IMG/VR virus record: IMGVR_UViG_3300017991_000098
DNA from: an uncultured virus (IMG/VR IMGVR_UViG_3300017991_000098)
Taxonomy: Duplodnaviria; Heunggongvirae; Uroviricota; Caudoviricetes
Length of the DNA stretch: 64,000 nucleotides
Strand: one strand, 5' to 3'
In this document: positions 26,693 through 36,932 of the stretch, piece by piece
Layout: every line of letters starts with the position of its first letter
Position numbering within the stretch: the first letter of the stretch is position 1
Translations under genes and position numbers: made by a program
Notes under the pieces: model-generated
Told to the model about the DNA's origin: nothing
Database searches by the model: none
What the model saw: only the letters and a program-made list of their open reading frames with translations

Positions 26693-27193
26693 ACGCTTCT
26701 TCTCATCGTTAAATTTCCACTTCCTGCCAACATTCTTATCTGCCCATCCCTTGGCACTACCACCATCCTGCTCGAGCTCCTGTGACATGGCCGTCCAATC
26801 AGCCACCATCTCAATGATATCGATCTCTGACATGGCATTTGGGTTGCCATGAGCCTCTGGGTGGTGCTTGTTGACATTGATATGGTGTAAGCACGCATCC
26901 TTAACCTTAGCCTGCATGCCTTCAGGGTATTCAAAATCGATCCCATCGTTGTTGCATCGATGATATTCGGTGAGCCATATGTAAGCCGGTCGTTCGACAT
27001 TCCCATACTTGGACTTGTCATGCTTCTTGGCCCTGGCCATAATTTTGTCGCTGTTATAATCTGAGTGATCGGCTACTAGCTTCATATTGGCAACTACGCG
27101 GTCAATATGTTCCTTAGTCCTCTTCTCAAAGAATTGGACCATCTTCTGTGTGGGTTCCATATCTGTACTTTCAAATAATGTGTTTAGTTTCAT
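26648..27193 (-). CDS. HD-domain-like (DUF5662-type) protein
   Basis: EHI, HDKSK, HH..NKHHPE, EMVADW. Confidence 0.7.
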   Translation of the reverse strand: MKLNTLFESTDMEPTQKMVQFFEKRTKEHIDRVVANMKLVADHSDYNSDKIMARAKKHDKSKYGNVERPAYIWLTEYHRCNNDGIDFEYPEGMQAKVKDACLHHINVNKHHPEAHGNPNAMSEIDIIEMVADWTAMSQELEQDGGSAKGWADKNVGRKWKFNDEKKRLIYHIIGIIDAANS

Positions 27194-27819
27194 ACTGGGA
27201 CTAGCTCTCCCCCATCCATTGTGACCATGCCAGCATATCTGGCCCATTTTTCTGGTGAATTCAAATACTGGTCTAACTTTTGTAGGTGTTTTACTGTTGT
27301 TGGGAAATCCATCCTGCCATAAGATACTGCTGCGTCCCTGGCGGTTTTCTGGGCGTGGTTGTACACTGTCAGTTTGCTGTGAGCATCCGCATACTCAGCT
27401 CCGGCCCTCTTCATAGCTTCCCACCATTCATCTGGTGAGGTAATACCGGTTTCGTTAGACTTACTCCTGAGGTTGGCCTCTACTTGTTCCCTCAATTCGC
27501 GCTCGAAGCCATACTCGTTGGTCATGTACCTGAGAGCTCTGTTGACCTTTTCTTTTACGTAGGCCCACCCAAAGTCACCAAACCTGGTAGCCGTTCTCTG
27601 TGACATTCTGTGGGTAAGATCGCCGATGTGTTCGGCCATGTATTGGAAGAGCCCCGTACCAAGCACAACAATTGGTCTCTTGGCACCAGTAGCCAGGACC
27701 TCTGGTAGACCGCGTTGGTTGTCGGCCAGCTCATTGAATGAAGCTTCTACTTTGCTTTTTATTGGGCCGCTAAGTCTTGAGAAGTGAGTTACGTCTTCAG
27801 ATAACGTGCGCAGTTTCAT
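27190..27819 (-). CDS. Hypothetical protein (possible internal virion protein)
   Basis: 209 aa; starts MKLRTLSE. Confidence 0.65.
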   Translation of the reverse strand: MKLRTLSEDVTHFSRLSGPIKSKVEASFNELADNQRGLPEVLATGAKRPIVVLGTGLFQYMAEHIGDLTHRMSQRTATRFGDFGWAYVKEKVNRALRYMTNEYGFERELREQVEANLRSKSNETGITSPDEWWEAMKRAGAEYADAHSKLTVYNHAQKTARDAAVSYGRMDFPTTVKHLQKLDQYLNSPEKWARYAGMVTMDGGELVPV

Positions 27820-28730
27820 GCTATCTCCTCGTACTCACCTTGCACACGCTGCCAATCAGTTATAAACTTGCTGGGTACCTTGCCATACAAAACCCTGATC
27901 GCAGTTCTATAAGTAACCGATGGGTGTTTAACTAATTCCACGGCCGCTATGATTTTATTGCGGCCACGAAACATTACTGGTGTACCAATCCTGGCCGTAT
28001 AATTGAACTCGTCAACCCCATGATATGCAAACGATTTGGCGGCACGCGTTATCTTATCCTTTATCTTGAGCACGGTTTCCTCTGCCTCTTGCGAAGATGG
28101 CCTAGGTGGCGGGTTATCCCAGTCTATTTTGCCAATGGCGCTAGACATATACCTCTTATAATCAAATTCGCTGGAATACGAAAGGACTCTCATCATCTCG
28201 GCAACTAACGCTTCTTTCAACATTGGTATTATGGCTTGGCGTAACTGCGGTGTTATCTTCTTCTCTTTTACTCTTGTCATGAACTCAAAAAATGCGTCGA
28301 TGTACTTGTTGACAGCATAATCCCATGACTCCATGTTGCGCAACTTTGCCCCATACAATTGTGCAGCCATATAATCATTAGCAAGGCCGGCCTCGGCATC
28401 AGCACTGCTCATAGCGCCAGATATATTGTCTTCATCGTCAAACGCGGTTCTAGGTGAATATTGCAGGATGATTATGACCCTGTTACCACCAGATTTTTTT
28501 GCTGCGGTAGTTGATGATGACATTGCTGTCATTAGGTTGGTAGTTATGTAGGTGCCAGGTAATGATGCACGTGAAGATGAGGCTTGGGTTGCGTCATCAA
28601 CATCCCACACCTTGTCAGCATGTGGCAGCAAACCCTCGCCACCAATTTTAGACCATCTATTTGTTGACGTTCCATGATATGCTATAAATGTTGGAGTTTG
28701 CTTGCGCTCAGACAGAAGTTTCAGCTTCAC
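27816..28730 (-). CDS. ADP-ribosyltransferase-like protein
   Basis: AYHGTS...I..EGL.P, GTYITT; starts MKLKLLSE. Confidence 0.55.
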   Translation of the reverse strand: MKLKLLSERKQTPTFIAYHGTSTNRWSKIGGEGLLPHADKVWDVDDATQASSSRASLPGTYITTNLMTAMSSSTTAAKKSGGNRVIIILQYSPRTAFDDEDNISGAMSSADAEAGLANDYMAAQLYGAKLRNMESWDYAVNKYIDAFFEFMTRVKEKKITPQLRQAIIPMLKEALVAEMMRVLSYSSEFDYKRYMSSAIGKIDWDNPPPRPSSQEAEETVLKIKDKITRAAKSFAYHGVDEFNYTARIGTPVMFRGRNKIIAAVELVKHPSVTYRTAIRVLYGKVPSKFITDWQRVQGEYEEIA

Positions 28731-28989
28731 AACTCTTCTCCAACCTTCGCAGGCGGGTGTAATAGTCCGGGCACTCGAATAGATGATCCATCGCTATCTC
28801 GCGGGCAATGAACCGATTTTTGGTGTGTTCAAACTCAATCTCGATGCCCTTCTGCAGCTGCAACTTGATTTGTTCAATAGGAACGCCGTGCTTCTCTGCG
28901 ATCTTGTCAACAGTATATTGATCAGCGAGACCACCAGCTAGGTAGTCTTGCGCAATGGCTTCATCAATTCTTTGTGAGATGGATTTCAT
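28708..28989 (-). CDS. DUF5661-like protein
   Basis: GIEIEFEHT...IAMDHL.E.PDYYTRL. Confidence 0.75.
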   Translation of the reverse strand: MKSISQRIDEAIAQDYLAGGLADQYTVDKIAEKHGVPIEQIKLQLQKGIEIEFEHTKNRFIAREIAMDHLFECPDYYTRLRRLEKSCEAETSV

Positions 28990-28997
28990 TAGGCCCC

Positions 28998-29276
28998 CTA
29001 ATACTCATTATTACGCAGCTTATCTAGAACACGTTCTAACTTATCCCTATTGCTGAGAAGAATTCTTTCCATTTGGGTGTTCTGCGGGTCATCAAACTTC
29101 CGCCTGCCCATGGCGATCACAATGAGTTCAATATCTTGCGCAATCATCCTCTGGATACGTCTGGGCTCCTGCTCCAGGGCATGCTTTAATAAGTTGACTT
29201 GCTCCTTTAACCTACTAGTGGCATCCGGATAGACTTCTGGCTCAAGAGCTTCATCAAGTCTTTGACTAAACGACAT
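28998..29276 (-). CDS. Hypothetical protein
   Basis: Starts MSFSQRLDEALE at a TAATG overlap. Confidence 0.6.
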   Translation of the reverse strand: MSFSQRLDEALEPEVYPDATSRLKEQVNLLKHALEQEPRRIQRMIAQDIELIVIAMGRRKFDDPQNTQMERILLSNRDKLERVLDKLRNNEY

Positions 29277-30730
29277 TAGGCCGTTATCTCCCTTAGCTTC
29301 CACTTTAGAATATATTTGCGTTTTTGTTTGCCATAGACCTTATGATACCGATGTTCCTTGGCATATTCCAATTCCTTCATACCCATCTTTTTGGCATGGT
29401 CGTAGAGGGTTTTCTTGTGTATAGTCTTACCGTCTTCGCTCACATAATGGTAATCCGGAGGCACAATGTGCACAAATTTCCAGTTGGTGGCCTGGTATAT
29501 CGTGCCGACATGGCCAAACGTTTCGTCTGCAAAACTTATAAGACCACAGACAGAATCATTGTCTCGTTTAAAAGTACGAACAAAGCGCCCAAGTATGTAT
29601 GATGCAAAATTCTTCTTGTGATATGGATCAGATATGGCAAATCTCGTGAGTTCGCGTACCTGCCCAAACTTCAAATCGAGATCTTTGATGGATTCCCGCC
29701 TAGTTGGCGCTGCAAACCCGCAGATGGCAATTGTCTTGCCATTTAGAATGGCACCATAAAACTGGCCAGAACGGCCAGCATTGGCCATATAATGGTACTT
29801 CCCGCAAAAGATATTGGCATCTTGCCTAAAGATATTAGCAATCTTGCATTTTTTGAAGTCAAAATCCACAATCTCAGTATCTTCTAAACCACACCATTGC
29901 CTGACGTGACCAAGGACCTTACCAACCTCTTTGAATTCATGCTCCCAAATGGTCTTTAACTCATATTGGTCTGAGTAATAGCGGGAAATGAATGTGGCTT
30001 TTTGCTTGTCTCGAATAATCTTTTCCGGGCGATTGTGAAAGTAGTCACCTTGAACCTCTATAAGAAGATCTTTGCGACCCTCTCGCGGAATCATGCAATC
30101 AAAAGCGTTAAACCCAACCACAAACTCCGGTTCGTAACCAACCCCACAATCATCTAGCAAAGAATAAAGTATTTTCTGAAGGTTGCTGACTGGCTTGCCG
30201 TAAGACGCCATCAATTTGCGATACTCTGGATCTTGCCATCGCTTTTTCTGCCTTTTAGAATACTCCGCAGAGTGTGATTTTATACCCGCTATTGCTTTAT
30301 CCTTGATCTCTGGGTCAGACCATAGGGATTTTAACTTGCCTCCCACCTTCTCTCTGAATTCACTGTTCTGCCAAAGCTTCTTGGATGTCTCAGACATCTT
30401 GCTTTTGACATCGGGTCTGTTCTTAATGCGCTTTTGGGTTCTGGAAGCCTTTGCCCTATTGTCCGGATTATCCCAATATCCCTTGAGCTTGTCCCTCATC
30501 CGCTTTTTGTTGTTTGGGTCAACCATGTTTTTCTTAGACGCTGCCGATATCTTGGCTTTACACTTTGGGTCACGCACAGAACAAGGTCTGCATAAGTATC
30601 GGCCGTCACCGCGCCTTTTAATAGTGCGAACATAACGCCCATATAGCATATTGCGGCGTGCTCCACAAACATCACACGCCGCAATAATATTGGTTTTGAA
30701 TTTTGGGTTTTCTGGCTCTTCTATAAGCAT
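29276..30730 (-). CDS. Zn-ribbon/basic repeats + Vsr/DUF559-like endonuclease + Mom-like GNAT fusion, copy 2
   Basis: FDC...LIEVQGDYFH...DKQK...IWEHE; YHYM...RELTRFA...NFASYILG...ISFAD...HVGTIYQATNW; paralog of 20825-22300. Confidence 0.75.
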   Translation of the reverse strand: MLIEEPENPKFKTNIIAACDVCGARRNMLYGRYVRTIKRRGDGRYLCRPCSVRDPKCKAKISAASKKNMVDPNNKKRMRDKLKGYWDNPDNRAKASRTQKRIKNRPDVKSKMSETSKKLWQNSEFREKVGGKLKSLWSDPEIKDKAIAGIKSHSAEYSKRQKKRWQDPEYRKLMASYGKPVSNLQKILYSLLDDCGVGYEPEFVVGFNAFDCMIPREGRKDLLIEVQGDYFHNRPEKIIRDKQKATFISRYYSDQYELKTIWEHEFKEVGKVLGHVRQWCGLEDTEIVDFDFKKCKIANIFRQDANIFCGKYHYMANAGRSGQFYGAILNGKTIAICGFAAPTRRESIKDLDLKFGQVRELTRFAISDPYHKKNFASYILGRFVRTFKRDNDSVCGLISFADETFGHVGTIYQATNWKFVHIVPPDYHYVSEDGKTIHKKTLYDHAKKMGMKELEYAKEHRYHKVYGKQKRKYILKWKLREITA

Positions 30731-30744
30731 AAGTTATTTTTGAC

Positions 30745-33171
30745 TTACGCCGTTATCTCCAGCTGCCCGTGGATGAACTCGTTGACTAGCTGGTTCTGGC
30801 TGTAGACCTCTACCTGGCGCAACTTGGTACCAGGCCACAATCTCATGCCGAACTTACCCACCTCTACTTCATTTGATATCGGGAAGTACGGGGTATTGAG
30901 TGGCGTTGGTGACAAATTCAGATCCGGTGGGATCAAGAGGCCATTCCACCATATCCACAACTGATCGTCGCGTACCATGAGCTCAAGTGTGTTCCAGCGC
31001 TCAGTAACATCACCAATTGGTGCAGTAAGAAAACCGCCCATATAGCACCTGAAATTGGCCGGGTCACTTGACGGGTTCTCTTCGTGACGAATAAAACCGT
31101 TCTGTGTATACCAACGGCTAACTGCGTAGTTTAGCTCCTCAAAGCCCTTAACCAGATCATCCTCTGGTGATGGGTTATCCAACTCATAAGGAGTATTCAT
31201 ATCAAGAACACCAGAACGGAATTGTAATTCAACGATCTCTTGTTCTGTATTTACTGAAAACTCAAGACGAAGGCATGGCGCGTTGTAATCTGCATGAAGA
31301 AGGGCAACCACAATTGGGTCAACTACTGTTGGGTTTTCAACAGGGAATTGTGTCTCGCCGATGAGAAGCACCGTTCCGTCTGTGGCCATGGCCTTATTGG
31401 TGTACTTCCAGGTGGTCATGGTCTCGGTGGTGGCACCACGCATAACGAAAATGTGCCCAGTTTCTGGAAGGTCGTGCCATTGTGCGCCAGCAACCAAGAT
31501 GTAATACAGATCATCTGCGGCGGTACTGAAGGAACCACCTTCAGAGAAGACACCACTGCCAGTAACCGTCATAAAACGATCACAATAGCTGTCAATCGGC
31601 GCTCTAAGAAGAATGTCGATCGGTGGGAAGTCGCTACTATCTGGTTGCCCCACCAACATCTTAGCGTAGAAATTGCGGTGATTACGTCGCTGCCACATGA
31701 ATACTGGGCGCTCCAAAATGTACTCATCACCGGTATCCACAGTGTTGTCATTGACACGTAGACCAGGAAGATTATAGTCAACGTCAGCTACGAACCTGTT
31801 GTTGATCGGTCCAATAAGGCTACCAGACGGGTCAAGGATGTGGAGAGGGTCATCAAACCAAGTGAGCCCCCACTCGCTCTTCTCAAATAAGCGCTTATCA
31901 GAAGATGACTCAACGGCCACCTCTGGAATATCCTCACCAGTCTCATCGCGTTCAGTGAGTGTGTCGCCAAAACGAGCGGCACCAGCCATTGACCAGATCA
32001 CACTTGCGGTGAGATGGGGCTCAAGGTTGAAGTAACGACGAGTCACGCTGTCATTGACCTTCATCTCCCACAGTTGTACCAATGTGCCTACCTGCAGGAC
32101 TTGTCCATAACCATCAAGCTGCAATGATTTCGGTGCTGATGCATCGGTAAATGAGTTCTCTGGGTTGTTGTAGCGCCAAATATTCGTGGCTGTGAATGAA
32201 TCTCCATTTGGCTCTTCCGACTGAATATCCCAGTACCTGATGACATATTGATTGGTAGACAAAACTGTTGGTGTATAATCAACAATGACACCCATCTTGC
32301 GAGTAAGAGTGTGACCCTTATAAAGCAAAGCACCAAAAAGACCTGGCTCTTGTTCGCTTTGGAAGTCGAAACGAATCAGATTGCCGTCAGCATCCTGGCC
32401 GGTAAACCATACTACCTCAGCCTGCTCACCCTGGGCTGGATCACCAGGTGTCATTGAATGACCAACCAATGTCGTTCCAGATGAGGCGCGACGTAGTATC
32501 ATCTCAAGTGAACCAAGGGATGGCGAAGTTGAATCCTCGTAACGACGGAAGATTAGCGCTGGATAATCATCCTTGTGCTTTAGAATATCGGCTGTGTCAG
32601 TTGGGTCGACGATGGTGCTTTCTGGGAACAGGAACACCTTCATTTCACCGTACATGTTCACACCGGGAAGAACCCCGGCACAACTTGGTGGCCTGATGGA
32701 GGCCACGTCTGTCTCGTCCTGAATCCAATAGATCTGGGCGCAGGTCTCGCAGTTACAGTTGAGTGGAATTGGGGTGTCTACGGTGAATCGGACCACATTG
32801 CCGATGCGTTCAATCGAGATGTTTTCAGAACCGGCAGAAAGAATAATATCTCCCTGCATCCAACCGCCGTCATCTGGGAATCCTGCTCCTTGGAACCCAA
32901 GGACGCCAACTCGCATCTGTAGGAGGGCCTCGAGCTTGGCCTTATCATCGGCACTCATATGACCCTGGGTGTCAACCGTAGCGATCGGCACTGGGTCTTC
33001 TGCGATGTGGGTAATGCCGTGGAAGCTCGGTATGATTACCTGGGACTCTTTGATATAGTAAGACTTAGTCTCTTTGTCTACCTGGAATCCACTGATAATG
33101 CCATCCGGGCCATAAACCTGCACAAACTGCTGGTCTACGGTCTGGTTGATTGGAGGGAGCCTATAAATCAT
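30745..33171 (-). CDS. Large putative virion structural protein
   Basis: 808 aa, acidic and beta-rich; ATVDTQGHMSADDKAKL motif seen in tail-fibre-type proteins. Confidence 0.6.
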   Translation of the reverse strand: MIYRLPPINQTVDQQFVQVYGPDGIISGFQVDKETKSYYIKESQVIIPSFHGITHIAEDPVPIATVDTQGHMSADDKAKLEALLQMRVGVLGFQGAGFPDDGGWMQGDIILSAGSENISIERIGNVVRFTVDTPIPLNCNCETCAQIYWIQDETDVASIRPPSCAGVLPGVNMYGEMKVFLFPESTIVDPTDTADILKHKDDYPALIFRRYEDSTSPSLGSLEMILRRASSGTTLVGHSMTPGDPAQGEQAEVVWFTGQDADGNLIRFDFQSEQEPGLFGALLYKGHTLTRKMGVIVDYTPTVLSTNQYVIRYWDIQSEEPNGDSFTATNIWRYNNPENSFTDASAPKSLQLDGYGQVLQVGTLVQLWEMKVNDSVTRRYFNLEPHLTASVIWSMAGAARFGDTLTERDETGEDIPEVAVESSSDKRLFEKSEWGLTWFDDPLHILDPSGSLIGPINNRFVADVDYNLPGLRVNDNTVDTGDEYILERPVFMWQRRNHRNFYAKMLVGQPDSSDFPPIDILLRAPIDSYCDRFMTVTGSGVFSEGGSFSTAADDLYYILVAGAQWHDLPETGHIFVMRGATTETMTTWKYTNKAMATDGTVLLIGETQFPVENPTVVDPIVVALLHADYNAPCLRLEFSVNTEQEIVELQFRSGVLDMNTPYELDNPSPEDDLVKGFEELNYAVSRWYTQNGFIRHEENPSSDPANFRCYMGGFLTAPIGDVTERWNTLELMVRDDQLWIWWNGLLIPPDLNLSPTPLNTPYFPISNEVEVGKFGMRLWPGTKLRQVEVYSQNQLVNEFIHGQLEITA

Positions 33172-33251
33172 GTTTTGGGTTCCTTTATGTTCTCAATTAT
33201 ATTTGATATCCCTCTACATCCGGTCCGGATATGCTTGGGTACTACGGATTA

Positions 33252-33521
33252 TCACAACAACACCTGTTTTGGAACCCTCTCCCAATGTTGGATTCTAACC
33301 CACCTCGGGAAGGAGTTGCGCTTCTTGAACAACTGATTAATTTTGGTGTTGTAATAATATTTACCCCTGAATGTGGCAGGATCTGGTTCAGCGAACATCA
33401 TTGGTACAATCGTGCCACCAAACATTTCAACCGCATTGTGACTATGCCCACCAGAAGGATATGTCTGATAGGATGCCCGTCGCGACATAATATCATTCAG
33501 GACAGTGAGGCCGGTTGTCAT
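33252..33521 (-). CDS. Hypothetical protein
   Basis: GGAG RBS; 89 aa. Confidence 0.55.
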   Translation of the reverse strand: MTTGLTVLNDIMSRRASYQTYPSGGHSHNAVEMFGGTIVPMMFAEPDPATFRGKYYYNTKINQLFKKRNSFPRWVRIQHWERVPKQVLL

Positions 33522-33588
33522 ACGTTCTCCGATGGTTCTCCAAGATACATTAAGAGCATTATTGTGATATCAATACCATATTTTTGCG

Positions 33589-34536
33589 TTATCTTATGAC
33601 AGTCACGAAACAATCGTGGGCAGTGGTCGGTATGGTACTACGCAAAATATTGGTTTTGTACCCATCAAGCTTTCCAAAGAATAACTTTATCTTGTGGTCA
33701 GACCCAAGATCTGCTGGATCCTGCGTCACCAACACTCCTCCTGGGTCTTCTGGAATATCACAAAGCATCGATGCTGTCTTAACCCACGGAAGACCAGTTC
33801 TATCATCTAGTGAGGTACAACCAATATCCCTAAGTAAATTGGACAACGCCACCGGGTATCCAAAATGAACCCAACAATGTGATTTTCTTAATATCCGAAA
33901 CACTGACCAACGAGTTATGTCAGCGCCCATGTAGAATACTTTGTCTATGGCTCTCACAAGATTAGTTGTGGTCCACACGGCTGGGAACCTACCTTCAGTA
34001 ACCTTATTTAGGTCCGACAAATGAAGACTTATATGCATTGCTCGCACAGCCTGATGGCGTGTCTGGATGTAAACATTACCACTTTTTATTGGTTTTTCTG
34101 CCCGACATATCTTGAGTAGTCTTTTTATTTCTTTATCTGGGTACCTTACGTCTATCCATCCCTCATCCGCAAGCTTACCAGCCATTCTGTGGATAAAAAT
34201 CCTAATGTTGCAAAAGGGATACTTTTTTAAGTACGAAGGACGTACCATGAATAGGGGCTCAGTGAGCTCATATTCTTCCTCAAGCGGGTTGCGAGTGAAT
34301 TGATACTTAAGTTCTGGCCATCTCGTCCCAAACGGGTAATTCTCATCGTCAGGAATCTCATGGAGCCTAAATTTGGTGTGTTTTCCGTGCTTGCGGAATT
34401 TCCAGTGTTCTATAATACCATCGGCGAATTTTACGTGTAATTCGCAGGCGTGTTCTATCTTACACTGTTCAACTTCTGGCTGTGCTAGTAAGAAGTCTAG
34501 AGTCTTCCGGATTTTGTCGTACTGCGAAAGCCTCAT
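33589..34536 (-). CDS. Hypothetical protein
   Basis: Long ORF; start uncertain (MRLSQ chosen). Confidence 0.6.
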   Translation of the reverse strand: MRLSQYDKIRKTLDFLLAQPEVEQCKIEHACELHVKFADGIIEHWKFRKHGKHTKFRLHEIPDDENYPFGTRWPELKYQFTRNPLEEEYELTEPLFMVRPSYLKKYPFCNIRIFIHRMAGKLADEGWIDVRYPDKEIKRLLKICRAEKPIKSGNVYIQTRHQAVRAMHISLHLSDLNKVTEGRFPAVWTTTNLVRAIDKVFYMGADITRWSVFRILRKSHCWVHFGYPVALSNLLRDIGCTSLDDRTGLPWVKTASMLCDIPEDPGGVLVTQDPADLGSDHKIKLFFGKLDGYKTNILRSTIPTTAHDCFVTVIR

Positions 34537-35191
34537 GAACGTCTCTCGGTCTAATCCCAAAGTGAATAAGCCAGTTTCTGATGGTATGAGGACAAACACC
34601 GGCTAGTTCAGCGCACGCCCTCAATGTAAGACCACCAATAACATAATTCTGTGTCAACCACTCCCTACTTCTACACGAATTGTTTGGTCCTGTAACTTGG
34701 CGATCTGGTTTTGAAATATCAAACTTCTGCAGATATTTTCTCACTCTTTCCACAGAAACGCCAGCCATCTTGGATATCGATATCTTACCGTGATCGTCGT
34801 GTAGCTTAGAAAGTTTCGACTTGTTCTTTAAGATACTTTTGTCAATTTTCTTGTAATCAGTCTTCTCCCTACGATAATCACTGTATTGTTCGTCTGACTC
34901 TTCGTACTTTGTAATACCATATTTCTTTAGATAATACCTAAACATCCTATGGCTAAGTCCAGTTATGATGGCTGCCTCGGCTATTGTGTAAGACTTATAC
35001 GTGACCCAAACCGTAAACAGATCCCTGTCTTTTGGATCTATAACATCATATGCGACGCGCCATTGCATGATGCGTTCAAAAGTCAAACCAGTTCTATTAG
35101 CTAATTCTCTGGATGATAGGCTTTTGTGTTTCTCGAGCCAGGGGCGAATGTCATCAGACTTTCTGCTTCGTGGTAGAGAGATTTTTCGCAT
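34469..35191 (-). CDS. Multi-HTH DNA-binding protein
   Basis: Four HTH-like segments, e.g. SSRELANRTGLT, TIAEAAIITGLS, TLRACAELAGVCPHTIRNWL. Confidence 0.65.
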   Translation of the reverse strand: MRKISLPRSRKSDDIRPWLEKHKSLSSRELANRTGLTFERIMQWRVAYDVIDPKDRDLFTVWVTYKSYTIAEAAIITGLSHRMFRYYLKKYGITKYEESDEQYSDYRREKTDYKKIDKSILKNKSKLSKLHDDHGKISISKMAGVSVERVRKYLQKFDISKPDRQVTGPNNSCRSREWLTQNYVIGGLTLRACAELAGVCPHTIRNWLIHFGIRPRDVHEAFAVRQNPEDSRLLTSTARS

Positions 35192-35199
35192 TGCATCCC

Positions 35200-35967
35200 C
35201 TAGTCACCAAGCGTAAGATCCCATTCTGTGTCGTCGTCTTCCTCTTCCTCTGGCTCTTCTGGCTCTATCTCGGCCTTGACCTTTGGTTCAGGTTTACGCT
35301 TTTGGGGCTTCGGCTTCTGTTCTGGTTCAACTTCTGGTTTGGGCTCTGGTTTGGGCTCAGCACCCTTCTTGAGCTTTTCTATTTCCTCTGGTGGCGTCTT
35401 GCTGATATCTATCTTCTCGTCTGGATGTGGAGGAGGAACCTTGGCCTTTTCAACCTCTGGGGGCAGCTTCTCTGGTGGTTTTTCAAATTCAGCCTCAGGC
35501 TTCTCTGCGGTATTTACAGACGGCTCTGGAAGTGGTTTTCTTATCTTGACTTTGCTCTGCCTCTCCTGCTTGATGCCTTCCGCGATGAAACGTAGCGTTG
35601 ACGGCGAAATACCTTCAATGCCATCTATCCTATCAACACGATAAGTGCGGTAGGCCGTACTCAAAATGTCATTGAGACCAAGCTGCCTTGCCCTCCAATA
35701 GCGGTAGTACCCATTACGGGAAAAGCTCAGAATGTCTTGCAGATTCTTTTGAAGCTTTATTATCTGACCTTCTGACAGATAATTGAGGTTGATAGCACTC
35801 ATCAACCTATTTCTTGTGGATGGGTGTATAAATCTACCCAGAAACAATGCACGGGGCCTTGGGTCATGCTTCCAGTTACGATAGTGGAAATAATAAACAC
35901 GACCATAACCTTCGCAGATGATCGGCATGTAGTGGTCGGATGTCGATGTTAAGAGGTCAAGTTTCAT
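35200..35967 (-). CDS. Hypothetical protein, possibly T4 gp2 (DNA end protector)-like, with Pro/Glu/Lys tail
   Basis: GRVYYFHY...DPRP...AINLNYL resembles gp2-like motifs. Confidence 0.45.
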   Translation of the reverse strand: MKLDLLTSTSDHYMPIICEGYGRVYYFHYRNWKHDPRPRALFLGRFIHPSTRNRLMSAINLNYLSEGQIIKLQKNLQDILSFSRNGYYRYWRARQLGLNDILSTAYRTYRVDRIDGIEGISPSTLRFIAEGIKQERQSKVKIRKPLPEPSVNTAEKPEAEFEKPPEKLPPEVEKAKVPPPHPDEKIDISKTPPEEIEKLKKGAEPKPEPKPEVEPEQKPKPQKRKPEPKVKAEIEPEEPEEEEDDDTEWDLTLGD

Positions 35968-35982
35968 ACGATATATTTGAGA

Positions 35983-36927
35983 TTATAGGTGTGCTAGGGC
36001 CATGCGGATGGAATTGCGTTTTAATTGCTCTATCTCCTCGTCCGTGAGACCCCAGTTCTCCTTGATGATACCATATTCCTTCACCAAGCTTGATCTACAC
36101 GTGCAACTATCATCTGTGCCTATGGTTATAATATTCCCATTTCTCAACATCTTTATTGCCGGATGCCCAATAACACTATCAACAACCCCAGTCAGAATAT
36201 TTGAAGTAACTGCTATATCAAAACAGATACCACGATCCTTACAAACATCTAGTAGTTCTGGGTCTTCTGATGGTACCCTGATACCATGGGCTATTCTCTG
36301 CGGGTTCAGGTATTCAACTGCTGCTCTCACATTGTGCGCCCCCTGTGACTCGCCTGCGTGGACAACCACCCCCAAACCCTCAGAATTCCACTTGTCAGTA
36401 ATCGGTTTCATCTTATCTATGTTGAAGTACTTCTCATCACCAACAAAGTCTATACCCACAACACTATCCCTGTACTCACATACCTTATGGGCGGTGTTAA
36501 CCTCACGCTCCTTAGCTTCATACTTGAGAGCCAACAATAACCTAACTTCAACACCACTGTTTCTTTGTGCATCGTCAAATGCCTGACGTACAAACTTTAT
36601 TAACTCTACATCAGTCATGTTGACATGATCTAAATATTTGTCTATAGAAAATCTGATTTCACTATATGATACATCTTCCCTTATTAGCTCGGCAACGACA
36701 TGGTGAGCGAGATCAATTATGTCCTGATAATCCCATGGGATCGTTTTGAGAATATGAAATTTTTTCAGAAATGTCTGGAAGTCGTGTGGGTCACCTACCT
36801 GATAAGTCATCGATTTTCTGACTTGTTTGAGACTTAAACCAAGATTATGCTTTTGTGATAACGCGTACACAAACTCTGGCAATAAAGATCCACCCAGGTG
36901 GCGATGTAAGTCGAAAAGTTTCGTCAT
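35983..36927 (-). CDS. add: Adenosine/adenine deaminase family protein
   Basis: DLHRHLGGS, YSEIRFS, HAGE, RIAHG, TSN, GTDD. Confidence 0.88.
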   Translation of the reverse strand: MTKLFDLHRHLGGSLLPEFVYALSQKHNLGLSLKQVRKSMTYQVGDPHDFQTFLKKFHILKTIPWDYQDIIDLAHHVVAELIREDVSYSEIRFSIDKYLDHVNMTDVELIKFVRQAFDDAQRNSGVEVRLLLALKYEAKEREVNTAHKVCEYRDSVVGIDFVGDEKYFNIDKMKPITDKWNSEGLGVVVHAGESQGAHNVRAAVEYLNPQRIAHGIRVPSEDPELLDVCKDRGICFDIAVTSNILTGVVDSVIGHPAIKMLRNGNIITIGTDDSCTCRSSLVKEYGIIKENWGLTDEEIEQLKRNSIRMALAHL

Positions 36928-36932
36928 GTGTC

